From: a bacterium | GTDB taxonomy: Bacteria > UBA8248 | Reading direction: 5' to 3' | NCBI GenBank assembly: GCA_965261085.1 | Contig: OZ253442.1 | Coordinates: forward strand, 3,584,001 to 3,648,000 | Length of the DNA: 64,000 bases | Shown: one piece after another, positions 38,078 to 46,816 of the stretch | Layout: each line of letters opens with the position of its first letter | Numbering within the stretch: the first letter of the stretch is position 1 | Made by a program: the position numbers and the translations under genes | Notes under the pieces: model-generated | The model's input: the letters and a program-made list of their open reading frames with translations, nothing else | Told to the model about the DNA's origin: nothing | Database searches by the model: none

Positions 38078-39091
38078 TCAGATTTTCCTGAGCTCCGGGA
38101 TGAGTTCGTCCGAGATCATCCGCATGCTGTGAAGCGCCGTGGAAAGCGGCATCCCCGCCCAGTGGGTACGGATGATGAGGTGGCTCATCCCCACTTCCTC
38201 CCAGTAGGGGCGAAGCTGCTCGTAGCACTCCTCGGGCGATCCGAGGATGAAGCGATCCTTTAAGAGATCGTCGAATTCCTGGTCGAAGCTCTCATCCTCG
38301 GGCATGGCGTCGTCCTGGCCCCACTTGGCGTAATCCTTGTACTTGCCGAACAGATAAGGCCCCGCCATCTCGAGGGCGGTCTTTCTGTCGCGGCTGCAGA
38401 AGACCTCCTTCATACAAGGGAAATCCGCCGGAAACGGCTTGCCGCACCGTTCCAGCTCCGCGCGGTAGAGCGCCATCTGGCGCTTGATGGTCGCCGTGGT
38501 CGAATGGGGGTTGATGAACCAGTTATCGCCGATGCGCGCGGCGCGCTCTATTGCCTTGTCGTTGTTCGCCGCCACCCAAATCGGCGGATAGGGCTTCTGC
38601 ACCGGGCGGATGTTCATGCGCACGCCGTCGAGCTTGCACACGTCGTCCTCCCAGGTGACTTCCTCTTCCGTCCAGAGGCGCTTCACGAGTTCGAGACACT
38701 CCTCGAACCTGCGCACGCGGTGGCCCTTCGGCACGCGGAAGGCGTCGAACTCCGTCTCGCGGTAGCCCAGGCCGATGCCGAACACGAAGTTCCCCCGGCA
38801 GATGACGTCCATCGTGGCCACCGTCTCGGCGACGTAGACCGGGTTGTGGAGGTTGATGAGCAGGATGCCGAGCCCCAGCGTCATCTCGCCCGCCTCGGCC
38901 TGAAGGCGCGCCAGGAAGGGCACGATCTGGAGCTGTTGGTTGTCGCCCTCGTTCAGGTAGTGCTGCCCGGTGAAGAGCGAATCCCAGCCCTTGTCCCGCG
39001 CCAGGCGCACCATGGCGTACTGATCGTCCAGGGCGCTGACCATGTCGGTTTCGAGACGCTGCTGGTTGGTGATGAAGAGGCCTACTTTCAT
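38078..39091 (-). CDS. LLM-class (luciferase-like) flavin-dependent oxidoreductase
   Basis: QH motif, VAETVATMD, GIGLGYR, RPVQKPYPPIW, RAARIGD. Confidence 0.9.
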   Translation of the reverse strand: MKVGLFITNQQRLETDMVSALDDQYAMVRLARDKGWDSLFTGQHYLNEGDNQQLQIVPFLARLQAEAGEMTLGLGILLINLHNPVYVAETVATMDVICRGNFVFGIGLGYRETEFDAFRVPKGHRVRRFEECLELVKRLWTEEEVTWEDDVCKLDGVRMNIRPVQKPYPPIWVAANNDKAIERAARIGDNWFINPHSTTATIKRQMALYRAELERCGKPFPADFPCMKEVFCSRDRKTALEMAGPYLFGKYKDYAKWGQDDAMPEDESFDQEFDDLLKDRFILGSPEECYEQLRPYWEEVGMSHLIIRTHWAGMPLSTALHSMRMISDELIPELRKI

Positions 39092-39674
39092 GTCGCGTTC
39101 CTATGCTTGAGGTGGATGATTGGGGGCTACCATACCGCAAGGCCACGGATGCCGCCATGCTTGCCGGCCTATCGGGGAGAGGGGAAATGCGGGGTAGTGC
39201 GGGCAGATGCGGGGGACGAAAAAACTTTTTTTATTCGATAAAATTCGATAAAATATTCTTTTTCTGCTTTAATATAACGGCATAACTATTTGAAATAAAA
39301 CCGATTATCGTTCCATTCTCTCTAGCGTTACTTTTCAGATATTTATCGAAAAAACCCGTCAATTTATCGATATTTTCAGGAAATTGGATTATTTTCATTT
39401 CCTGCGTCACGTTTAAGTCCATGAGTCGAACGCGAGCGAGGAGCGAGCGTTCGCCGACCGAGGAAGGAGGGTTCGCTGTCGCGAGAGAGGAGTGCAGGTT
39501 TACGTCTTCGTAGGGGTGTCGAATTTCCCCGAGGAGGGGGGAGTTCGAATGAAGCCGCCCGCGTTCTTCTAGGATTGCCATCTTCACTCTCACCCCATCG
39601 CCTGATTCCATGAGAAAGCCTCCTCTCCTTTTGATCAATTCCGACTGATGAAGAAGGTCAAACGCGAGTGAGGA

Positions 39675-41196
39675 GGGGTTGTTGAAAAACCCCTGACTCT
39701 ATGCTTGGATGTATGGATATTACGCGCCCGAGAAGGGAATATCCGCGATGTTGGGACGCAAGAACCGCGCCCAGATGGATTTGTTCATCACCGGTTCGCT
39801 GGAGAGGTTGATTCCCGAGGATCACATATTGGCCCGCGTGAACCGCGTTCTGGACCTGAGTTGGCTGCGCGAGGAAGTGGCGGATTGTTATTGCGCGGAC
39901 AACGGCCGTCCTGGGATCGACCCCGAAGTGGCGGTTCGGTTGATGTTGGCGGGCCTTCTGCTGGGGTTCGTGCACGACCGTCGGTTGATGCGCGAGGCGC
40001 AGGTGAACATCGCGATCCGGTGGTTCATCGGTTACGGGCTGGAGGATCGGCTGCCGGATCATTCGAGCCTGACGCGGATACGGCAGCGCTGGGGGGAGGC
40101 CCGGTTCCGGGAGATATTCCGCCGCACGGTCCGTGCGTGCCTGGATGCGAAGGTGGCCAAGGCCGAAGTCGTGCACGTGGACGCCTCATTGATCCGCGCG
40201 GACGTGAGTTGGGAGAGTCTGGTGGAGCGTCACGTGGACGAGGTGATAGCGGAGAACCCCGTCGAGGAGGAGGCCGGGAAGAAGGGTGGAGGAGGCCGCC
40301 GTGGCGGGGGTTCCGGGAAGGTGAGCCGGACGGACCCGGACGCGCGGCTGGCGAGAACGGGCGGGGGATTCGAGCCGAGCTACAAGCAGCACGCTGTGGT
40401 GGACGACACGCGCGGGGTGGTGCTCGACGTATCGGTGACGGAGGGTACGGTGAACGAGCGTGAGGTGCTCGAATCGCAGGTGGAAGCGGTATGCGAGGTA
40501 TCGGGGCGCGCGCCCGCGATGGTGACGGCGGACTCTGGCTACGCCTACTCGAAGGTCTACGCGGCCCTGGAGCGCCGGGGTGTGGCCGCGCTCATTCCGG
40601 CGAAGAGGGAACCCTCGCAGAGCCGTGTTCCGTTGCGCCTGTTCCGCTACGACGCGCGGCACGACATCGTGAAGTGTCCGCGCGGCAAGATACTGAGCCC
40701 CCGTCGGCCCGCAAAGGGGGGGCGTTATTATCGTTCGAAGACCCGTGATTGCGCGGGCTGCGCGCTTCGCGAGGATTGCCTGCCGAAGGCGTGGTCGAGC
40801 AAGGTGGTGTTGGTTCCGCATGCGTATCCGGCGCTGTTGCGCGCGCGCCGGCGCCATGCGCGATGGAGGGAGGAGGAGCGGCGGATGTACCGGCGTCATA
40901 TGTGGCGCTCGGAGGGCTACCACGGCGAGGCGAAGACCTGGCACGGGCTTGCGCGCGCGGTGCGGCGCGGTCTTGAGAACATGAAGATACAGTCCTACCT
41001 GACGGCGGCGGCGATCAACCTCAAGCGGCTCTCCGCCGCACTTGCTGCAAGGTTATTCGCCCTCTGGAGGGCCTGGTCGGCCCGGGAAGAGCCTCTGTGC
41101 GTCCATCGCGGCCTCGCAAGCTGCGCGGGCTTCCTGTCCGCCGCCGCGTGACCCTCCATACCGCCCGCTCCCGAAACCGGGTTATTCAACAACCCC
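39675..41196 (+). mobile_element. IS1182-family insertion sequence, copy 1 (1522 bp)
   Basis: Terminal IRs GGGGTTGTTGAA...; 5-bp TSD GAGGA; same transposase as 52842-54363. Confidence 0.93.
39748..41151 (+). CDS. IS1182-family DDE transposase
   Basis: IPEDH, GRPGIDP, PDHSSL, HVDAS, TDPDA, ADSGY, C-terminal E..GEAK. Confidence 0.92.
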   Translation: MLGRKNRAQMDLFITGSLERLIPEDHILARVNRVLDLSWLREEVADCYCADNGRPGIDPEVAVRLMLAGLLLGFVHDRRLMREAQVNIAIRWFIGYGLEDRLPDHSSLTRIRQRWGEARFREIFRRTVRACLDAKVAKAEVVHVDASLIRADVSWESLVERHVDEVIAENPVEEEAGKKGGGGRRGGGSGKVSRTDPDARLARTGGGFEPSYKQHAVVDDTRGVVLDVSVTEGTVNEREVLESQVEAVCEVSGRAPAMVTADSGYAYSKVYAALERRGVAALIPAKREPSQSRVPLRLFRYDARHDIVKCPRGKILSPRRPAKGGRYYRSKTRDCAGCALREDCLPKAWSSKVVLVPHAYPALLRARRRHARWREEERRMYRRHMWRSEGYHGEAKTWHGLARAVRRGLENMKIQSYLTAAAINLKRLSAALAARLFALWRAWSAREEPLCVHRGLASCAGFLSAAA

Positions 41197-41533
41197 GAGG
41201 AGCAAGCGTTTGCCGACCAATGCGGGAGAAATCACTTTCCCGCGTCTGGCGCACGATACCGAAATACGGGACTTCAGGGAGTACGGCAATTGCGGGGAAA
41301 TGCGGGGAATTGCGGGTTAAGCCGGGGGAGGAATGAAGTGGGGACTAGATATGATGGCGCGGCAAACGAAATCACGATGTAGAAACTTTAACCGTCTGTA
41401 TTTGGTTTTTCCGCTTGCCGAAATACTTCTTTCACTTCATTTATTTTTTCCGCCTTTGCGAATTTCGGAATACGTCTTGAAGATGGATATACTATTGGTA
41501 GGAAATTATACACAACAGTAACATCTACACATT

Positions 41534-42436
41534 TCATTGTCTGGAAGAAGTGCGAGGCTCATAATCGAGTAGGGATGCATCCGCGAGTTGCTTCAACATG
41601 TCGTCGTTGAACAAAGGCGAATTCGAGTCCCATTCAATCCGGGGTGTTACGTTGCGCCTGGCTAAAATAGGTGCCGCAAATACAAACCGCTCGTCATACC
41701 GTCGGTAAATCGTCTCGAAGAATCGTTCGAAGCGTAAAGGACTTTCCTTTGGCGGGAAGGTGTCGAGTAATTTTCCGGTATTCGGGCCGCTCGTTTCCAC
41801 CAAAGCGAGGCTGACCGCTTCGTATTTACTGATTGTATCACGCAAATCAGCGCGTCCCTCTAGTTGTTTGAGTGCTGCGTGATAGCGGACGATTCCGTCC
41901 ACCGGATTCCCGTCTTTCTGGAGCGCAACGTCGTTGACAGCGAGAGCAGGATCGCTCCCGGCACGATGCGCTCGAAGTACTGAGAAGAATCCGATTACGA
42001 GCGCGGCGTAGGTCATATGTAGGTTAGTGCATTCCCCAACCGCTTCCTCCATTCGGTTAGTGAGATTGCGAAACGCATTGCCGGTGGTTTTGCAGGAGAT
42101 AGCAATGGCGGGGCCAATGCCCGGTTTTTCCACGACTACGTCTACATCTTTGGTCTTCAGGCCACCTAATACAGTTGCCTCTTTACCGCTTGCCGCATTC
42201 GGATCGAAGTGCAACTCCTTTTTGACCACCTTGAACGGCGGATGGGGTTTTATCTCATCGGGATGAAACCCGCCTTCGATGACCAGACGGCAGGCGATAT
42301 ACCAATGGATTGGCTTTACGATGTGTTGACTTTGCGTCTTCTCTTTGGATGTAGCAAGATGGTGGAAAGTTTCTTTGGCCCCGAGCCAATGACAGACTTG
42401 CCAATCCTTCTTCGTAAAATCTTCAAGCCGCTTCAT
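41534..42436 (-). CDS. Putative type II restriction endonuclease (PD-(D/E)XK)
   Basis: KDVDVV...ISCK-x13-E with NRMEEAVG (XhoI/PaeR7I-like motif); overlaps the MTase 3' end. Confidence 0.7.
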   Translation of the reverse strand: MKRLEDFTKKDWQVCHWLGAKETFHHLATSKEKTQSQHIVKPIHWYIACRLVIEGGFHPDEIKPHPPFKVVKKELHFDPNAASGKEATVLGGLKTKDVDVVVEKPGIGPAIAISCKTTGNAFRNLTNRMEEAVGECTNLHMTYAALVIGFFSVLRAHRAGSDPALAVNDVALQKDGNPVDGIVRYHAALKQLEGRADLRDTISKYEAVSLALVETSGPNTGKLLDTFPPKESPLRFERFFETIYRRYDERFVFAAPILARRNVTPRIEWDSNSPLFNDDMLKQLADASLLDYEPRTSSRQ

Positions 42437-43925
42437 AATGCCTCCAAGCCTGAAGCGCTGTAATGCTGTCTAAAACAACCTTCTTTACATCCTCTGAAAG
42501 CACCATTTCGGATGGGACCAAGATATTACCCGCCTCTCGGGGTTCCAGCTTTAACATGCCTCCGCCTAACGGATGACCTTCAATTTCGCAGCTAAACTGG
42601 AAGACCCCCGAGCGAAGCGCCGCTTGAATACGTGGTAACTTCGATTTGTCCTTTAGCAGCACTGCATGTAGTGAATTCGTGCACGCGCAACGCGCCGCAT
42701 TCTGCACGAAAGAGACCCGTCGGCCGGACATATAGCTAAGGAAAAAATTGGGAATCTTGACGTCTGGGACTACGTACCAGGGATTGCGCGTTCGACATTT
42801 AAATGCGTCAGCGGCTTGCAAAGCTTGCGAAGTGTGCAGGTATGCCAACACGGATTTTGGGAGTTTTTGTTCTTTTCTCAGGCGTAAAAGTAGAGTTTTC
42901 TGATCCTCTCGGAGCCAGCGGCTGACTGCGGATGGATTGACCTGCACAGGCGGCAAAGAACGTGCGTTTCGCACCGTCGTTTGCAAACAATTGTACGGAA
43001 TACGAAGTTTTTCGACCTCAGACGGGCGCAGGTGGAAAAAGTCGTTTGCCCCCGAAACATAGCCAATATTAACTTGCGCGAATTCACGAAAGCGTAAGCT
43101 GTTCTCATCTGAAGCGAGTTGCTCGTATAGATTTCGGCCCATGGCGGGTAACAAAAAAGGCCGCAGGCGCTTGTTCCACGAGATACGCCAAGTTTCCACA
43201 TTTATATCCGTTGTTTCAGTTGGCGGCATTTCACGGAAAGTAAACTGTTCCAGAACACTCAGTTTGATATGGCTAGTGGACCCGCCTTTGCCGTCAGCGT
43301 AGAGTAGCCAGCAGTCTTCCGATAGTTTTGGGAAAAGCTTTTTTTTAACTGCGACAATTTGTAGGTGGTCGAAATATTTTATTAAATATTCGATCAGCGG
43401 AGCACTATACGGCGCATGTCCGATTTCTGCCGGAACAACGAAAGCCATGCGTCCGCCCTGATGTAGGAGGTGGGCCGTTACAACTAGAAAAAGCGGCCAG
43501 GAAGAGGTGAGTTTTGAGAAAGTGGCCCCAAGTTCAGCGCAAAGAGCTATGGCCCTATCACGCTGAACACCTTTGAAAAGCTGATAGCGGATGAAAGGGG
43601 GATTCCCGGCGGCGCATTCGAAACGCTCTACGGTGTTGCTCGCCCATGCAAAAAAATCACCCTCGTGAACCATCGCTTTAGGCGCGCGATGCATAGCGGC
43701 GGGAGTGGCAAATGGGTCTAGTTCGATACCGACACTATTGGGATGGCCGGCGATGAAGCGCCCATCCCCGCAAGATGGATCCAGAAGGCGATCTTCAGGA
43801 TTCCTGACAGCCCAACTAAGCAGACTACGTACTACCGGGTCAGGGGTATAGTAAGCTCCCTTCTCTTTTGCGCCATTGGCATCGCAGGAGAGATATCCAC
43901 TATACCTGTAGTTACCCGTGCCCAT
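42423..43925 (-). CDS. N6-adenine DNA methyltransferase (gamma class)
   Basis: GAYYTP, LLDPSCGDG (motif I), GNPPF (motif IV), C-terminal GGGMLKLEP. Confidence 0.9.
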   Translation of the reverse strand: MGTGNYRYSGYLSCDANGAKEKGAYYTPDPVVRSLLSWAVRNPEDRLLDPSCGDGRFIAGHPNSVGIELDPFATPAAMHRAPKAMVHEGDFFAWASNTVERFECAAGNPPFIRYQLFKGVQRDRAIALCAELGATFSKLTSSWPLFLVVTAHLLHQGGRMAFVVPAEIGHAPYSAPLIEYLIKYFDHLQIVAVKKKLFPKLSEDCWLLYADGKGGSTSHIKLSVLEQFTFREMPPTETTDINVETWRISWNKRLRPFLLPAMGRNLYEQLASDENSLRFREFAQVNIGYVSGANDFFHLRPSEVEKLRIPYNCLQTTVRNARSLPPVQVNPSAVSRWLREDQKTLLLRLRKEQKLPKSVLAYLHTSQALQAADAFKCRTRNPWYVVPDVKIPNFFLSYMSGRRVSFVQNAARCACTNSLHAVLLKDKSKLPRIQAALRSGVFQFSCEIEGHPLGGGMLKLEPREAGNILVPSEMVLSEDVKKVVLDSITALQAWRHYEAA

Positions 43926-44198
43926 ATAATAATTCCCTTCCGCATGATTTATTGCACAGGCTAAAGACTGCGGCCATTCGTCAAGTAGTCCAAATACTCC
44001 TGATAGAGGCCATGTTTCTTTGTTTCCGTCTTCGGCTCGCGTTCTTCACTACCCGCCTTCTGTTGATCGACCTCTGCATTCCATGCCCTCTTGAGCCATT
44101 TGCTTCCGCCAATTCACCAGTAGACTCAACAGACTTGATCTCGCTGCGCTTCACTATCGCTCGGGGTCTCGTTCGGGCGTGGAATAATTCTGAACAAT

Positions 44199-44227
44199 CA
44201 TACTAATGGGCATTTGTATTTCCGTCA
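44199..44227 (-). promoter_or_regulatory. Putative sigma70 promoter upstream of the R-M pair
   Basis: Minus strand TTGACG-17 bp-TAGTAT(GAT). Confidence 0.4.
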
Positions 44228-44262
44228 AGTGCTTTCGTAAAATTATCGCCTCCCTGTCTAGT

Positions 44263-44297
44263 TCACACAAACCGCCTCACCCCCGGGAACACCTCCT
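44263..44297 (-). repeat. Duplicated 35-bp 3' end of the MBL-fold gene
   Basis: Identical to 45903-45937, ending exactly at the TGA. Confidence 0.95.
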
Positions 44298-44380
44298 TTT
44301 GGTGGGCGCGTTACGGCGTTTCATCCACCTTCGGTGAAGTCAGGATGCCGACAGAAAAGAAAGAAATAAGCGAAACCACT

Positions 44381-44639
44381 GGATTCCGGCATTCGCCGGA
44401 ATGACGGCGTTGTGTAACCAATCTCGGCCAATGAGAAAGGGATTGCTCCGGGTTCTGAACTTGTAGGGGCAGACCCGTGTGTCCGCCCGCCTGCTTCCAC
44501 GGAATGGGAACCTCACTTGTTCGAACCTGGGCGTGAGAAGTTGAAAAGGTAATGATAATGTAGGGGCTTATAAGTCCGCCCTTGATTTAGTTGCCCGAGG
44601 TCGTTGAACTGTGTAGGGGCGGCTCGCGAGCCGCCCCTA
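44381..44639. repeat. REP cluster (one GGATTCCGGC..GAATGAC unit, three GTAG-REPs)
   Basis: GTAGGGGCAGACCCGTGTGTCCGCCC at 44463; GTAGGGGCTTATAAGTCC at 44560; GTAGGGGCGGCTCGCGAGCCGCCCCTA at 44613. Confidence 0.85.
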
Positions 44640-45746
44640 ATTTCGCTCTATTATCACTACTTCTTTAGAAGGAATTGGCGAAGTTTCTTTGTGTCCATCC
44701 TTACGAATCGCTCGGAGTTCAGTCATTAATGCCTCACCATAAGGGGTGAGTTTCCAGTAGTTGTGTATGTCTTTTACGCTTCGGCTCTTGATGCTCTTGG
44801 CTATCAGTTTCAGAGCTATTAGCTGAACTTTGATTGTGTTGAAGGTATTGTTATCAATCTTGAAATTAAACAGATAATGGGGACGGATATTGGGATTTTT
44901 TTGAAGAGATTCGATGTTCACTTCTTGTGTCATGAGATTCAATTCGCTCGTAAGAACGAAATCGCTTGCTTCATCAATCATAAGTGGAGAAAGCCGAGCG
45001 AAAATTTGCGACCAAGATGCAAAATACGAGGCAGAATAAGTGTCATTTAGTCCAAGTATTGAGAAGTGGTCGTTAGGGTCTGAGTTGGATGCTCGAAAAG
45101 TATATTTTATCTCGAATTCGTCGTCGCCTTGCGCCAAATGTGTGGTTTCTTTTGGAGCGGTTGTGCTTACAGTTTCGAGTTCCCGTTCCAGTTCATCGAC
45201 TTTATTCCTGAGTTCCAGAATTTCTTTGTTTGCGTCCTGAGGAGGTAGCAGATCCGCTTTCACCCAACCGATTGCCGGATTATTCCTGATAAGTTTGACG
45301 AGACTACGACTTACGACGGACCCAAGGTCGGCTGGAGTTTTCCAGAAATTAACCATCTTTTTTTGAGCAAAATCGCGGAAGTCGTTCAGCTTTTTCTTTT
45401 TCTCTGGGTCTTCCTCTGTGTCCTCGGCAGGAAGTTTTCCAGGCTCCTTATGCAGGAATGCGATCACTGGTTTCTTTTGTGAAACCGCATACTCGTACTC
45501 CAACTGTGTGAAACTTTTTTCCTCCATGCCAATCGAACCGTAGCGTCCAGCGATGATCACAATATAGTAATCGCAATCGTCAATAGCCCGCTTTATCAGA
45601 GTCCATTGATCATCGTCAGCAGCGGGAAACAGTTCCATACCCGCTGGAATGCAGTCTAATTCCAACAACGCCTGCATAACCTCTTGGCGCGCTTCCCGGA
45701 GGTCTGTATACGTCGAACTTACGAATACTTGATAACGCTTCTCCAT
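44637..45746 (-). CDS. DUF4062 domain-containing protein
   Basis: YQVFVSSTYTDL..RQ, GMELFPA, RYGS, SFTQLEYEYA; coiled coil; AT-rich. Confidence 0.88.
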   Translation of the reverse strand: MEKRYQVFVSSTYTDLREARQEVMQALLELDCIPAGMELFPAADDDQWTLIKRAIDDCDYYIVIIAGRYGSIGMEEKSFTQLEYEYAVSQKKPVIAFLHKEPGKLPAEDTEEDPEKKKKLNDFRDFAQKKMVNFWKTPADLGSVVSRSLVKLIRNNPAIGWVKADLLPPQDANKEILELRNKVDELERELETVSTTAPKETTHLAQGDDEFEIKYTFRASNSDPNDHFSILGLNDTYSASYFASWSQIFARLSPLMIDEASDFVLTSELNLMTQEVNIESLQKNPNIRPHYLFNFKIDNNTFNTIKVQLIALKLIAKSIKSRSVKDIHNYWKLTPYGEALMTELRAIRKDGHKETSPIPSKEVVIIERN

Positions 45747-45902
45747 CGACAATTCCTATGGTGGACATGAAAAAATGCGCAGGCTTAGAGTTGCTAAGCA
45801 TACACGGGAGAGCAACATATCTCGCAATAAAAATCGAATCAAGGGTTTAGGTTCACTCCTTCCCCTCCTTGAACAGGACACTCCCCTCCCTCCCTCCCCC
45901 AC

Positions 45903-46673
45903 TCACACAAACCGCCTCACCCCCGGGAACACCTCCTCCCGCCTCAAGTCTGTCTCGTCGTGTCCGGCGAAGATGAGGTCGGTCGCGTCGGCGAGGTCCT
46001 TGACTTTGTCGAGCGCGCGGAGCGCGTCGTCCACGTGGATGTGGATGCCGGGCGGTATCATGGATTCGAGGCTGCGGTAGAGATAGGCCGCGTCCACGGC
46101 CAGCACCGCCCAGCCCTTGGCCGTGCGGAAACGGATAATCTGGTGGCCCGGCGTGTGGCCGCCCACCCAGTGAACGTGCACGCCGTCCGCTATTTCCGCC
46201 TCCCCGTCCACGAGTTTCATACGGCCAGCCTCATGGAGGCGTTCGGCTTCTTCCAGGTCTCCCAGAAAATGGTTGATGAAGTGATACTCCGCCGCGTCGC
46301 TCCGCCAGAAATCGAGTTCGCGCCTTTGGAGATAAAAGCGCGCGGCGGTGAACAGCCTCGGCGACATGAAATGATCCCAGTGCAGATGGCTCACGATGAG
46401 CGTCTCGACTTCCGAGGGTTTGATGCCGAAATGCCCCAGAAGTTCTCTTTGTTGGCGGTAGTCCGCATAGTCGGGATTGCGCGCCTTCTGGGCCTCCTCG
46501 CTGAAGCCCGTGTCGATGACGATGGGCGCGCCTCCGCCTTCGGGCGTGAGAATCCAGAAGAAATAGGGGAGCGTGCGCGTCCTCCCCGATTCACTTAAAT
46601 ACAAGAGCCAGGAGGCGTCGCACGCGCGCGAGCCCTGGCACAGGGCGTAGAGGTGATAGGTCGTCTCGCTCAA
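45903..46673 (-). CDS. MBL-fold hydrolase, N-acyl-homoserine lactonase-like family
   Basis: IDTG, SHLHWDH, GGHTPGHQ, AGHD; TTG start after GGAGG. Confidence 0.88.
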   Translation of the reverse strand: MSETTYHLYALCQGSRACDASWLLYLSESGRTRTLPYFFWILTPEGGGAPIVIDTGFSEEAQKARNPDYADYRQQRELLGHFGIKPSEVETLIVSHLHWDHFMSPRLFTAARFYLQRRELDFWRSDAAEYHFINHFLGDLEEAERLHEAGRMKLVDGEAEIADGVHVHWVGGHTPGHQIIRFRTAKGWAVLAVDAAYLYRSLESMIPPGIHIHVDDALRALDKVKDLADATDLIFAGHDETDLRREEVFPGVRRFV

Positions 46674-46816
46674 GTTGAAACCTCCATGTTTATCGAGAAA
46701 TCTCGCGAAAAATGATCTTCGTTGTTCGATGGCGATGATTATGCCATTATTTTCCGAACATAAAATGCCCATTTCGGTATTTCGATTTTTGAGAACCATC
46801 CCGAAGGGTCTGTGTC

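Larger units (their letters stand above)
39176..41320 (-). repeat. AT-core non-coding repeat element, copy 3, interrupted by IS1182
   Basis: Reverse complements of 39176-39470 and 41197-41320 align with 3260-3732; IHF-like TTTCAAATAGTTA is retained. Confidence 0.8.

Noticed and set aside
43960-44170. Controller (C) protein upstream of the MTase
   Set aside because: Only short frames without an HTH pattern; probably a gene remnant
945-45937. Classical integron cassette array
   Set aside because: No intI and no attC-type RYYYAAC...GTTRRRY sites recognised; cassettes are dispersed rather than arrayed
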